Assembly: GCA_963666365.2 (NCBI GenBank)
Contig: CAXXNF010000001.1
Span: 544,001-608,000 of the forward strand
Direction of reading: 5' to 3'
Source: Syntrophales bacterium
Lineage (GTDB): Bacteria > Desulfobacterota > Syntrophia > Syntrophales > UBA2210
Length of the DNA: 64,000 nt
The notes under the pieces are model-generated. The model ran no database searches, was not told where the DNA came from, and was given only the letters and a program-made list of their open reading frames with translations. The position numbers were made by a program, and so were the translations under genes. Positions 47,539-61,128 of this stretch are shown piece by piece (within the stretch, counting starts at the first letter, position 1; every line of letters starts with the position of its first letter).

Positions 47539-47777
47539 TTGCTAGTGTATTTTTACATTTTACCCGAAATGACTGCTTTAGACCAATTATATACGGTAGA
47601 AAGTAAACGCGAGAGCCAAGCTGATCGTTCCAGTGAATCGCCTTAGATGCCCGCTGAGTTCAATATTTTCTTCCTTTCGATCCGATAATCAAATCATCGT
47701 TTTTGAAATTACACCATAACTGAACTGAACTGTTACAGGTGAAGCAGTTCTATAGATCTTAACACCTGTGATCAACT

Positions 47778-47936
47778 TATTTTGTCGCCGATTTCATTTC
47801 TCTACTGACATAACTCCAATGAAATATCGATGTGACAATCTATCCCGCCAAATCCCGAATAGTTTATAATAATCCCGTGTAGTTAGCCCCCAAATATCTG
47901 CAAATACCCTTGTCTCATCTTATATTTAATCTCTCA
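47778..47936 (-). repeat. prophage end (Mu attL-equivalent)
   Basis: 47778-47800 is an exact 23-bp inverted copy of 9966-9988; terminal 47910-47936 matches 9916-9942 at 19 of 27 positions when inverted. Confidence 0.85.
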
Positions 47937-48067
47937 CTGTCTGCCTGCTTGCTCCTTCCTCACACGCTCTGCTCTTGACAAATAAAAAATCGTGCTTATC
48001 TAATACTTAAATACAACATTAATCAATAATAACATTGTGTTAAATGTCAGGAAAGGAGGACATTCTT

Positions 48068-48511
48068 ATGTGGTTGACAGGGTTGCGAGGTGTTGACTGG
48101 ATGCCGGACATGTGGCGCGATCTTGATCGCGTACAGCAGGAGATGGATCGCCTGTTTACGGGAAGAAGCATCAATTATCTGCAAAGCTTTCCGGCAATCA
48201 ATATGTGGATGAGCGAGAACGATGTGGTTCTCTCTTCTGAAATTCCCGGTGTCGATCCGGACAATATCGAAATATCGATCGAAGGCGACGTACTCGATCT
48301 GAGTGGTTCAAGGGTTGCCGAAGATCTGAAAGAAGGGGGAAAATATCACCGACAGGAACGCCCTCACGGAACGTTCAGGAGAAAGATCCGACTGCCCTTC
48401 AGAGCGCAGGAAGACAAAATCGAAGCAAAGTATGAAAAGGGTATTTTGACCATCAAAATTCCCCAGGCAGAAGCCGATAAGCCCAGGAAGATTTCAGTGA
48501 AAGGTGAATAG
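48068..48511 (+). CDS. Hsp20/alpha-crystallin small heat-shock protein
   Basis: PA.N.W, EIPG, ER..G.F.R.I.LP, A.Y.KGIL.I..P. Confidence 0.92.
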   Translation: MWLTGLRGVDWMPDMWRDLDRVQQEMDRLFTGRSINYLQSFPAINMWMSENDVVLSSEIPGVDPDNIEISIEGDVLDLSGSRVAEDLKEGGKYHRQERPHGTFRRKIRLPFRAQEDKIEAKYEKGILTIKIPQAEADKPRKISVKGE

Positions 48512-48529
48512 TGGGAGGAGGTGAACGTC

Positions 48530-48934
48530 ATGGCAGAGCGAGGAAAGGAACTGGAAATAAAAAAGGAGCAGGCATCCCTCGATACGGAAAGCATGAGGAA
48601 TCGCCCGATCTTTATTCCACAGGTGGACATTGTGGAAAACAAGGATTCGATTCTGCTGATTGCGGATATGCCCGGCGTTGACGAACAGGGAATCGACATC
48701 AATCTTGAAAGGGATGTACTGACGATTAACGGAACCGTGGAAACACCGTTCCGAAGGGATTACCGCGTCATTCATGCTGAGTATCACGTCGGAGACTACC
48801 GGCGGTCTTTCACGCTTACCGACGTGATTGATCACACCAAGATCGAAGCAACCGTGAAAAGCGGCGTACTGCGCCTGTTCCTGCCCAAGGCCGAAAAGGC
48901 TAAACCGAAAAAGATCGCCCTTAAGGTGCAATAA
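48530..48934 (+). CDS. Hsp20/alpha-crystallin small heat-shock protein
   Basis: P.VDI.E, ADMPGV, Y.RSF.L, GVL.L.LPK. Confidence 0.92.
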   Translation: MAERGKELEIKKEQASLDTESMRNRPIFIPQVDIVENKDSILLIADMPGVDEQGIDINLERDVLTINGTVETPFRRDYRVIHAEYHVGDYRRSFTLTDVIDHTKIEATVKSGVLRLFLPKAEKAKPKKIALKVQ

Positions 48935-49095
48935 GTAATTTCTGCTGCCTGCGGTCATTGACACCCTTATAGCACCAATGATCGCAGGCACAGTTCACAT
49001 GGTTAGACACTGACAATCGAATTTCGTCCCTTACGCCCTCCAAACCCATCAGCGAATGGGACCTTTACATGATTCCCCAGTGAAATGACGGCCAC

Positions 49096-49458
49096 TTATT
49101 CCAGAGCTTTCAGATTTTCCCTGGCAATCTGAACAAGTGGCTTCCCCTGCGATTCGCCGATGTTGCTGCGACCGGCCCTCTCCGTCGGGTTGAGGGCAAT
49201 GACTTTCTCATACATCTCTTTCGCCTTTTCGGGCCGATTCGTATTCTGGTAGACAACCCCCTGATTCAGAAGCGCGTATGGATTGTCCGGGTTTTCCGCC
49301 AGGGCCTGATCAAAGAACGTTTCAGCCTGGCTGTATTCGCCCTTGGTCAATGCCTCAAACCCCTGGTTGGTAAGCTGTGCATCCTTGGTAATCGCGACTG
49401 TACAACCAACGACAAGCACAACAAAAGCCACCATTAGGAACATGTGGATTCTTCTCAT
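49096..49458 (-). CDS. TPR-repeat lipoprotein
   Basis: Lipobox VVGC and TPR helices. Confidence 0.75.
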   Translation of the reverse strand: MRRIHMFLMVAFVVLVVGCTVAITKDAQLTNQGFEALTKGEYSQAETFFDQALAENPDNPYALLNQGVVYQNTNRPEKAKEMYEKVIALNPTERAGRSNIGESQGKPLVQIARENLKALE

Positions 49459-49741
49459 CGCTATTCCTCCTTAATATCATATGGTTACGTGATATTGACT
49501 TGTTGACATCCACCTTGCGACGACATTACAAAATATCTCTATTATCCGTATTTCATCCTCCTCTCTCAACGGGACCTTCCTGTACGCAACCCGGTAATCT
49601 GCCAACGACAATTCGGGATACAATGGCGCACGTAAATTTAGTAAGGACTTCAACCGGCTGAAGAAGGATCTCAGAAGGGATCAAAATGAGTACAGCGGCA
49701 CCGGGGGCGAGTCCCCTTAACAATTCCCATCAGAATGAATT

Positions 49742-49783
49742 AGTGTTTGGAATGAGTGTCTGGAATGAGTGTCTGGAATGAGT
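49742..49783. repeat. 13-bp tandem repeat x3 (AGTGT(C/T)TGGAATG)
   Basis: Read directly from the intergenic sequence. Confidence 0.8.
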
Positions 49784-49828
49784 ATAATTATTTCATGCAG
49801 GCATGTCAATTCAAAAACTTCCTTACCG

Positions 49829-50164
49829 CTAGTCTTTCAATACCCGCGAGGGATCCGATCGGAGGTTTTCGAGCTTTGATTTGAAGGCGTCGTTCGGTTC
49901 TACTCCCGCTTTTTTGAGCATCTGCTCAGCACGGAGACCGATATTTCTTGTGTCCTTGTAGAAGGTTTCGTTTCTTTCGGCGCCGGGGGAATAGGACGAA
50001 AGACGGTCGGCATCGGACAGGCGAACGCTCACCTGCGATATGATCCGCTTCATATCGCTCGATCCGCAGGAATCGCACACCAGTCCAGGAGGATCTTCAA
50101 ATCCCCTGACCAGCACACTCACTATCGCCCCGCAGGCTCTGCATTCATATTCGTAAATCGGCAT
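49829..50164 (-). CDS. FmdB-family zinc-ribbon protein
   Basis: MPIYEYECRACG...CDSCGS. Confidence 0.85.
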   Translation of the reverse strand: MPIYEYECRACGAIVSVLVRGFEDPPGLVCDSCGSSDMKRIISQVSVRLSDADRLSSYSPGAERNETFYKDTRNIGLRAEQMLKKAGVEPNDAFKSKLENLRSDPSRVLKD

Positions 50165-50226
50165 GATCAATCTGTATCACTTCTCCCGAATAATCGCAAC
50201 CATCTTCGCAGGACCATGGACAGAAG

Positions 50227-51021
50227 CTACAGTTCATACTTTCCTGCAGCAGGTCTTACCGGAATACCTTCGGCCGCCAGAAACGATTTAATTTCTCCCA
50301 CCCGGTATTCATCGTAGTGTACCATGGACGCAATGAGGGCCGCATCGGCATCGGCTTTTACAAAGACATCCCGAAGATGTTCCGGTTTTCCGGCGCCGCC
50401 CGAGGCAATCACCGGGATGGAAACACCGCGCGATATGAGCGCCGTCAGCACAAGCTCGTATCCATCGGTGGTACCATCGGCATCGATCGAATTCAGGCAG
50501 ATCTCCCCGGCCCCCATATCTTCGGCCCGCTTCGCCCACTCAAGGGCATCCATCCCCATGGGAGTCCGTCCGCCATTGATCACGACCTCATACCCCGAGG
50601 GGAGATCCGGGCCCACCTCCACTCTTTTTGCGTCCATACCCAGTACGATACACTGGCTCCCGAAGGCCCGGGCGCCCAGAGTGATCAAATCGGGATTGAG
50701 CACGGCTGCCGAGTTGATGCTGATCTTTTCGGCGCCCGCCTGCAGTACGGCGCTCATGTCGTCGAGGGTCCGTAGACCGCCGCCCACGGAAAAGGGGATA
50801 AAGATGTTCCGCGCCACGGCATCGACCACCTCTATCATGATATTACGTTTCTCATAGGAAGCGGTGATATCGTAAAAGACCAGCTCATCCACGCCGTCTT
50901 CATAATATTTCCTGGCCATATTGACGGGATCGCCGATATCGACATTGCCTTCAAATCTGATCCCTTTTGTGGTTTTTCCCGCCCTGACATCGAGACAGAC
51001 AATAATGCGTTTACTAAGCAT
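50227..51021 (-). CDS. hisF: imidazole glycerol phosphate synthase cyclase subunit
   Basis: [41 protein letters not shown]. Confidence 0.95.
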   Translation of the reverse strand: MLSKRIIVCLDVRAGKTTKGIRFEGNVDIGDPVNMARKYYEDGVDELVFYDITASYEKRNIMIEVVDAVARNIFIPFSVGGGLRTLDDMSAVLQAGAEKISINSAAVLNPDLITLGARAFGSQCIVLGMDAKRVEVGPDLPSGYEVVINGGRTPMGMDALEWAKRAEDMGAGEICLNSIDADGTTDGYELVLTALISRGVSIPVIASGGAGKPEHLRDVFVKADADAALIASMVHYDEYRVGEIKSFLAAEGIPVRPAAGKYEL

Positions 51022-51023
51022 GA

Positions 51024-51638
51024 CTAGAGCATCCCATTCCATTCGGAAAAATTTTTCAGCATACGCAGTCCGGAAGGACCGCTTTTCTCGGGGTGGAATT
51101 GTGTAACCACCACATTGCCCTTTCCGGCAATCGAGGTAAACTCTATTCCATACACAGTTGCGGCAATTCTGTCGTCTGGAAGGGAAGGGTCGGGATAGAA
51201 GGAATGGACGAAATAGAACTGCGCCCTGCGGTCGACTCCCTGCAGCAGCGGATGAGATCGCACAACCGATATGTCGTTCCATCCCATGTGGGGTATTTTA
51301 AGATTAGAATCGGGGAAGCGTCGCGCCCTTCCGGCGATAATGCCCAGGCAGGGGGTATCGCCGTCCTCCTCGCTTTGTTCAAGCACGATCTGGGCGCCCA
51401 GGCAGATCCCCAGAAAGGGCGTCTTTTCTCTGACAGCCTCATGGATTACGGCATCAAGCCCCCGGGATCGAATTGTCTCCATGGCCGAGGCCGCGGCGCC
51501 CACGCCCGGGAAAATAACCCGATCGGCCGAAAGAATATCCTCCGGCGTAGAGGTGATCCGACAGACTACCCCGAGATGCTGGAGGGCCCGTTCGACGGAC
51601 TTCAAATTTCCCGCTCCGTAATCGATGATGGCAATCAT
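51024..51638 (-). CDS. hisH: imidazole glycerol phosphate synthase glutaminase subunit
   Basis: [32 protein letters not shown]. Confidence 0.95.
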   Translation of the reverse strand: MIAIIDYGAGNLKSVERALQHLGVVCRITSTPEDILSADRVIFPGVGAAASAMETIRSRGLDAVIHEAVREKTPFLGICLGAQIVLEQSEEDGDTPCLGIIAGRARRFPDSNLKIPHMGWNDISVVRSHPLLQGVDRRAQFYFVHSFYPDPSLPDDRIAATVYGIEFTSIAGKGNVVVTQFHPEKSGPSGLRMLKNFSEWNGML

Positions 51639-51674
51639 GGCCCTGTGTCCTTCCTTTCTTGCATCTTGAACCGT

Positions 51675-54600
51675 TCAGTGTCCCTTGCCGGCAGAAAGGC
51701 CTGTGCCGTCTGTTCCCACGATCTTGCGGGCAATCACGTCGGCACTTTCTCCCAAGAGCGTGGCAACCGCGCAGTCGCTGACAAACGCATCCTGCCAGGC
51801 CACATTGTACTCCGTCACAAAATCTTTGATTCTATTGAATTTATCGCCGATGATGTCTCTCTTTTCATCGACGGTCAGATGCTCATTGAAGTGCACATGG
51901 ATTAAGAGCACCCTTTCGATCACTCCCCCTTCACCGATGAGAGGCGCCATGACAAATGACGCTCCATCAGACTTCCCCAGTCCTGCATACATTTCACCGG
52001 TGCTGACTATCGCCCTCTTGGTTCCCATGAGGTCGCCGCTTTTTTCGATCCTCGAAGTCATGGTCAGAGAGATACCGCCCCGTTTCATGATGGTTATAGT
52101 TGAGGACTCCTGAGGCTTCCCCTCGAAATCAAGGTTTTCAATCGCATAGAGTGTGTAGCCCCTGATGCCCGTCACTGCTTTCTGAATCCTTCCGAGGGCA
52201 ATCCCGTTTCTTCCCGTAAGATTTTCAAGAGAAATCCCCATCGTGCGCATAAAATCGAAGATGATTCCCTCGGGAATTTCCTCTTTCCTGCTGGTACCGA
52301 CGGTGACCGTCTTTGCCTGATGCCGTATGGCATCGATGGGACGGACCAGTTCGTCGATGGCCCGACCGAGCGTAATATCGAGCATGTCAAGAGGAGATGA
52401 TGAAACTCGTTTTTCCTTGAAATCGTTACGGAATTCCTCCAGAGGCAGCTTTCCCGTCACGTACTTTAAAAGCAGTGCAATATCGGCGGCGATGTCGGCG
52501 CTGAGCGACGCGAAAAAACCGTTGTTTTTCCTCCCGTGAAAGAGTGAAGAAAAGTCTTCGATGGTACGGTGGAAATCAGGATCGTCAGTCTTTTCAAAAA
52601 GACTGTACCCCTTTGCCTCCATATCCTGCACCTGGCGGACCAGCGCACTTCTGAATTCACGCAGGATAGTCGCCTCCTCATTGATGCTGCAGGCGGCGTA
52701 ATACCCCCAAAGATGCCCCGCAAGCGTATTGAGTATGACCGTTGCGGGATAGTCGGAAGAGGGAACGGGAATAACCGCATCGGCAATACCGTCAAATCGT
52801 TTCTCCCCTTCTTCCGTCACCACCACCACCGACGACGCGTGGGCCTTGAAAATGGCCACATCCTTCACGATGTCGCCCATTACCGGTTCGGGATTACCCG
52901 CCGCAAGCACCAGGATAAGGGGTTCTGATGACAGATCGATGTGTTTTTTGTCTTCCACAATATCCGACGATATTGTCTTGTAACAGAGCTCGCTGAGCTT
53001 GATGCGGACCTCGTCGGAGGCCACTTTGTTCGGTCCGCTGCCCACCACGGCCCAATACCGCTTCCTTTTCACCGATTCCCAGGCCGCGTTTCTGATTGTT
53101 TCTCTTTGCGCGATCACCCGGTTCATCAACTCGGGACAACGCTCCAGACCCGCGAGCTTACGGGTGGCAAATTCATCCGTGACCGTACCGAGAGAGCGGG
53201 CAAAATAGAGCGCCAGCACATACCCGGCAACCACCTGGGAATAGAAGGCCTTTGTCGATGCCACCGACATTTCAATGTCGCGCCCGTCGCTGGTATAAAA
53301 CACCCCGCTCACCATATGCGTGATATCGGACTGTCGGCGGTTTACGATGGCTATAAGGTGGGCGCCTCTTCTCCGGGCCATGGCAACCGCTCTGTTCGTA
53401 TCGGTAGTGGTCCCCGACTGGGTAACGGCGATGACAAGCGTATCGCGAAGATCCCTTTCCAGCAGGAAACCGCTCAGTTCAGAGGCCCGCATCGCTTCAA
53501 CGCGAAGGAATCCTTCCTTCAGGTAGAGCGCCAGTGCCTCCGCAATGGCGGCGCCGGCAACAGCCGCCGTTCCCTGCCCGATCACGTACACATTTTTTAT
53601 TGTTCCCTCTTTCAGGGCATTTTTGAGCGCAGGGGTAATGATGTCATTGCCCAGGTTAAAGGAAACCGCCGACATGCCTTTGATACCCTGTTCAAATCGA
53701 TATTTTCCCCTCAGCGTTTTTTTCATGGACAGGGGCGCTTCCAGAATTTCCTTTAACAGATAATGAGGATGGTTATTGCGATCGATATCTCTCGTCGTAA
53801 TCTCGGCCTTCTGCAGAAGACGTTCATCAATCGAAAGGTGAAACCCATCATAATAACAGGCTTCGATACCTTCGGTGCGGGCTGCCCGATTATTCAGGAT
53901 GAAAATCTGACCTTTGGTAGAGGGATCGCCCGGAATTCGTTCGGTTTCTCCATCAATCTTGATAAATTCGGAGGTCAACTCCACCAGTCCGTACACCTCG
54001 GAAGAATAGATGAACTGGTCGTCGCAGAGCCCCACGTAGAGCGACTGGCCGCTTCCTCGAAGAGCCAGAAACACCCTTCCCGGCTCCAGCGTGCTCTGCA
54101 TAGCGATCGCATGGGAACCCTCAAAATCATTGACGGCATGACGAAAGGCCTCATCGAGACGCATCCCCCGAAGGAGATACCGCTCGATCTGCAGGGGGAT
54201 AATCTTGGTATCCGTGCTCACCGCACGGTCGATTTTCCCCCTCCCTTCGTCCTCAAAGGCCTTTCGCAGCGCACTATAGTTGTCGATATCGCCGTTGAGC
54301 GCCACATCGACAGTCCAGTTTCCCGATCCATAACAGGGATAGTTCCTGCAATGGGCGGACTCGCCTGCCGCAGGGGAAACTATGTGATTATTCAGGGGAT
54401 GGCAATTTTCGATAGTGATGGATCCGACGGAGGCCCATCGCGTATGGGCCATGAACATCTCCGGCCCGGAGGCCCTGGGAAGCAGGTGGTTCAATACTGC
54501 ATCCGACGATAGCGCCTTTCTGAGACACCGGGTGTTTTCACCAAGCTCGCCGGTAATGGAGGCCGTTTTATAGGTAAAGGTGATCAGGGGAGGGCGGGTG

Positions 54601-55430
54601 TGCGATGCGTCCAGTGCGAAACGAATGGAACCGTCTACAAGGTCTCCCGGCGCCGACCGTCCTTCGAATTCCTTCAAAAGACGTCCTTTCCTCAGTGCGT
54701 CAACGTATTCGTTCCAGTCATCAAAGGTATCAAATCCAAGCAGAATCTCTATCCCCGCCGAATCTCTTCCCCGCACCTCGATTCTGTCGAGCGTGTTCAG
54801 CAGCAGGTCTATTTTCCGGTACCTTCCCAGCTCTCCCTCACCTGCCCGACTGCTGCGGTTTTTCTTTCTCAGGTTTTTTACACGCGAAAAGGCGGACAGG
54901 ATGTCACGGTCCAGCGCCCACACCAGATCTTTAAGCGCAATGAATCTGCCGTTGATCCCTTCTATTTGATCCGTCGAAAAACGCTCTGCGCTCTCATCGA
55001 TCATCTTCTCCTCGCATGCAGCGAATTCTCTCAGGCTCCTGCACATATCCTCCAGTAATATCAATGATTCGGCGTCCTGTGAGAGCTTTTCAAATGTAGC
55101 GGTGCATTTGAGCTGTCGCAGCAATCGGGCAACAGTCTCCTGGACGTCCGCACCGCCCAGATAACCGTCCAGAGTGACGGATCCGTTGAGCACCTCCCCA
55201 AGCCCGCTTACAGTAATGGAAATGGCGGCAGTCGAAAGATCGGCGGCAATCGACCGGGGTTCCCGTCGCCTTTCCTGCGCAACGGTCAGAATACCGGCAA
55301 GACCACAGAACAGCGTAGCGGCCATAAGCGGAAACACCACGACGGATCGGGGAGGGACATTACGGGGATCGCGCCCCACAAAGACCTTCCTGTTTCCCCA
55401 GTCAGCCAGTAGGTGAAAACTTTTTTTCAT
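51675..55430 (-). CDS. large GlmS-like protein (class II glutamine amidotransferase plus SIS domains)
   Basis: CGLAG, RGRDSAG, HTRWAS, NGDIDN, TDT, QSGTT.DT, VASTKAF; start uncertain. Confidence 0.8.
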   Translation of the reverse strand: MKKSFHLLADWGNRKVFVGRDPRNVPPRSVVVFPLMAATLFCGLAGILTVAQERRREPRSIAADLSTAAISITVSGLGEVLNGSVTLDGYLGGADVQETVARLLRQLKCTATFEKLSQDAESLILLEDMCRSLREFAACEEKMIDESAERFSTDQIEGINGRFIALKDLVWALDRDILSAFSRVKNLRKKNRSSRAGEGELGRYRKIDLLLNTLDRIEVRGRDSAGIEILLGFDTFDDWNEYVDALRKGRLLKEFEGRSAPGDLVDGSIRFALDASHTRPPLITFTYKTASITGELGENTRCLRKALSSDAVLNHLLPRASGPEMFMAHTRWASVGSITIENCHPLNNHIVSPAAGESAHCRNYPCYGSGNWTVDVALNGDIDNYSALRKAFEDEGRGKIDRAVSTDTKIIPLQIERYLLRGMRLDEAFRHAVNDFEGSHAIAMQSTLEPGRVFLALRGSGQSLYVGLCDDQFIYSSEVYGLVELTSEFIKIDGETERIPGDPSTKGQIFILNNRAARTEGIEACYYDGFHLSIDERLLQKAEITTRDIDRNNHPHYLLKEILEAPLSMKKTLRGKYRFEQGIKGMSAVSFNLGNDIITPALKNALKEGTIKNVYVIGQGTAAVAGAAIAEALALYLKEGFLRVEAMRASELSGFLLERDLRDTLVIAVTQSGTTTDTNRAVAMARRRGAHLIAIVNRRQSDITHMVSGVFYTSDGRDIEMSVASTKAFYSQVVAGYVLALYFARSLGTVTDEFATRKLAGLERCPELMNRVIAQRETIRNAAWESVKRKRYWAVVGSGPNKVASDEVRIKLSELCYKTISSDIVEDKKHIDLSSEPLILVLAAGNPEPVMGDIVKDVAIFKAHASSVVVVTEEGEKRFDGIADAVIPVPSSDYPATVILNTLAGHLWGYYAACSINEEATILREFRSALVRQVQDMEAKGYSLFEKTDDPDFHRTIEDFSSLFHGRKNNGFFASLSADIAADIALLLKYVTGKLPLEEFRNDFKEKRVSSSPLDMLDITLGRAIDELVRPIDAIRHQAKTVTVGTSRKEEIPEGIIFDFMRTMGISLENLTGRNGIALGRIQKAVTGIRGYTLYAIENLDFEGKPQESSTITIMKRGGISLTMTSRIEKSGDLMGTKRAIVSTGEMYAGLGKSDGASFVMAPLIGEGGVIERVLLIHVHFNEHLTVDEKRDIIGDKFNRIKDFVTEYNVAWQDAFVSDCAVATLLGESADVIARKIVGTDGTGLSAGKGH

Positions 55431-55704
55431 ACAGCGCACACTACGAGCAATCATAGCCCCAACACGCAACTTTTTCACTTTTCTCTCGCATGATGCAATA
55501 ACGCAGAGATAACTTCCTTTATATTCTCTTTTACACTCCATGCCGAGGATTCTCCGCACTAGATTGCATCTCTTTCTTTCTGAATGTTTTCCTCCCGCAG
55601 GGACGCTGAGACGCCGAGGAAATCATTTTAGAATTCTTCTCTCAATCTCCGCGTCTCTGCACCTCGGCGCGATCTATATATGCTTTTTCTCTTCAAACAT
55701 ATGA

Positions 55705-59603
<3,899 letters not shown>

Positions 59604-59604
59604 A

Positions 59605-61128
59605 TTACGCACCGGCATGTTTGATGCCAAGAATTCTCAATTCTTCCTCGTTAAGACCCACTCCTCGGAGTCGCCCTCTATTTCCTCTCAACGCCTCTAT
59701 TGCGCTGATTCCCATTGATCCCATCAATTCCTTTATCTCTTCGGCCCAGGCATGCAGCAGATTTTTCAGCGCCGCCGACGCCCTTGTCACATCGATGCGT
59801 TCTGCAAGCCCCGGCCTGTTGGTGGTGATCCCATAGGGACATTTTCCGGTAAAACAGCGCTGGCACATATTGCATCCAAGTGCGATCAGCACGGGAGTCG
59901 CCACATAGACGGCATCGGCACCGAGACAGATTGCCTTGAGCACATCTGAGGACGATTGAATGCCGCCTGACGCTACAAGACTCACCGTATCGCGTATCCC
60001 TTCATCTTTGAGCCGCGCGTCGGCAGCCGAAACGGCGAGTTCCACGGGAATACCCGTATTCTGGCGGATCTGAAGCGGCGTTGCGCCGGTACCGCCGCGA
60101 AATCCGTCAATGGCGATAATATCGGCGCCCGCCCGGGCCACACCACTTACGATCGGCGCCACATTATGAACAGCCGAAATCTTGACCGATACGGGAACCC
60201 GGTATTCAGTCGTTTCTTTTATCGCATAGATAAGCTGGCGCAGATCCTCAATGGAATAAATATCGTGATGCGGCGCCGGCGACAGTGCATCGCTTCCCAT
60301 GGGAATCATGCGCGTCTTCGAGACGGCTTCGGATACTTTTTCGCCCGGCAGATGGCCGCCGATTCCCGGTTTTGCGCCCTGCCCGATCTTGATCTCCACC
60401 GCGGCAGCGGATTTCAGATAATCCTCACTGACGCCGAACCTGCCCGAAGCGACCTGGACAATGGTGTTGGCGCCGTAGCTTCGCAACTTTTCGTGAAACC
60501 CTCCTTCTCCGGTATTCCAGAAGGTGCCTGCCGCTTTCGTGGCAATGGCCTCCGCCTCATGAACGCGCAGATTGAGCGCACCGAAACTCATTGCGCCAAA
60601 CATGATGGGCACATCAAGCTGAAGCTGGGGGCCCACTTCATCGCCATAATGGTTGGCCTTTCTTCCCAAATACCGGCGGATCTCCATCGGCTCCCGCAGG
60701 GGGTCTATGGAAGGATTGGTCACCTGGCAGGCGTCAAACATGATATGGTCGAAGTAACGCCGCTGAGGTCCCGTCGCGCCGCTTCCCACGAGCAACACGC
60801 CCCCTTCCGTTTTGGCCTGCCGCCAGATGTTGCCCACGTGCTCCGCCGTCCAGTATCTGTGAGACGTATACATGGGATTGTGCACAATGTGAATGGCCTT
60901 CTGGGGACACATTTTCGCGCATCGCTGGCAGGCATTGCAGGAAGACAAATTCGCCCAGGGACGGTAGTGCACGGCGCCGTCCTTTCCCTTTATCGGTTTC
61001 AGCGCTATTTCCCCGAATGAGCATTCCTTTGTACATTCCCTGCACCCGTTCTCATAATCGCATCGCTCGAGATCAAACTCGGGATGAAATTCCGGTATCA
61101 CATTCCAGTTGCTCTCCATCTCGCTCAT
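59605..61128 (-). CDS. glutamate synthase FMN-binding subunit (archaeal-type GltB2) with N-terminal ferredoxin
   Basis: MSFGAL, NTGEGG, QVASGRFGV, EIKIGQGAKPG.GGHLP, SPAPHHDIYSIEDL, C..C..C..GKCP.G. Confidence 0.9.
   Translation of the reverse strand: MSEMESNWNVIPEFHPEFDLERCDYENGCRECTKECSFGEIALKPIKGKDGAVHYRPWANLSSCNACQRCAKMCPQKAIHIVHNPMYTSHRYWTAEHVGNIWRQAKTEGGVLLVGSGATGPQRRYFDHIMFDACQVTNPSIDPLREPMEIRRYLGRKANHYGDEVGPQLQLDVPIMFGAMSFGALNLRVHEAEAIATKAAGTFWNTGEGGFHEKLRSYGANTIVQVASGRFGVSEDYLKSAAAVEIKIGQGAKPGIGGHLPGEKVSEAVSKTRMIPMGSDALSPAPHHDIYSIEDLRQLIYAIKETTEYRVPVSVKISAVHNVAPIVSGVARAGADIIAIDGFRGGTGATPLQIRQNTGIPVELAVSAADARLKDEGIRDTVSLVASGGIQSSSDVLKAICLGADAVYVATPVLIALGCNMCQRCFTGKCPYGITTNRPGLAERIDVTRASAALKNLLHAWAEEIKELMGSMGISAIEALRGNRGRLRGVGLNEEELRILGIKHAGA

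Larger units (their letters stand above)
9916..47936 (-). mobile_element. Mu-like transposable prophage with a non-contractile tail, apparently intact
   Basis: TG at 9916, CA at 47935-47936, CTGTC duplicated at 9911-9915 and 47937-47941; MuA/MuB, Ner, Gam, GemA, gpF, terminase, capsid and tail genes. Confidence 0.95.

Noticed and set aside
47540..47700. Possible degenerate integron attC site after the ABC ATPase
   Set aside because: Only a vague resemblance; no paired R'/R'' boxes could be identified
47950..48060. CIRCE heat-shock operator upstream of the Hsp20 pair
   Set aside because: No TTAGCACTC-N9-GAGTGCTAA match; only a TTGACA box and AT-rich sequence
55590..55672. Imperfect palindromic repeat between pyrG and the GlmS-like gene
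   Set aside because: Probably a REP-like or terminator element; one copy cannot support a family call
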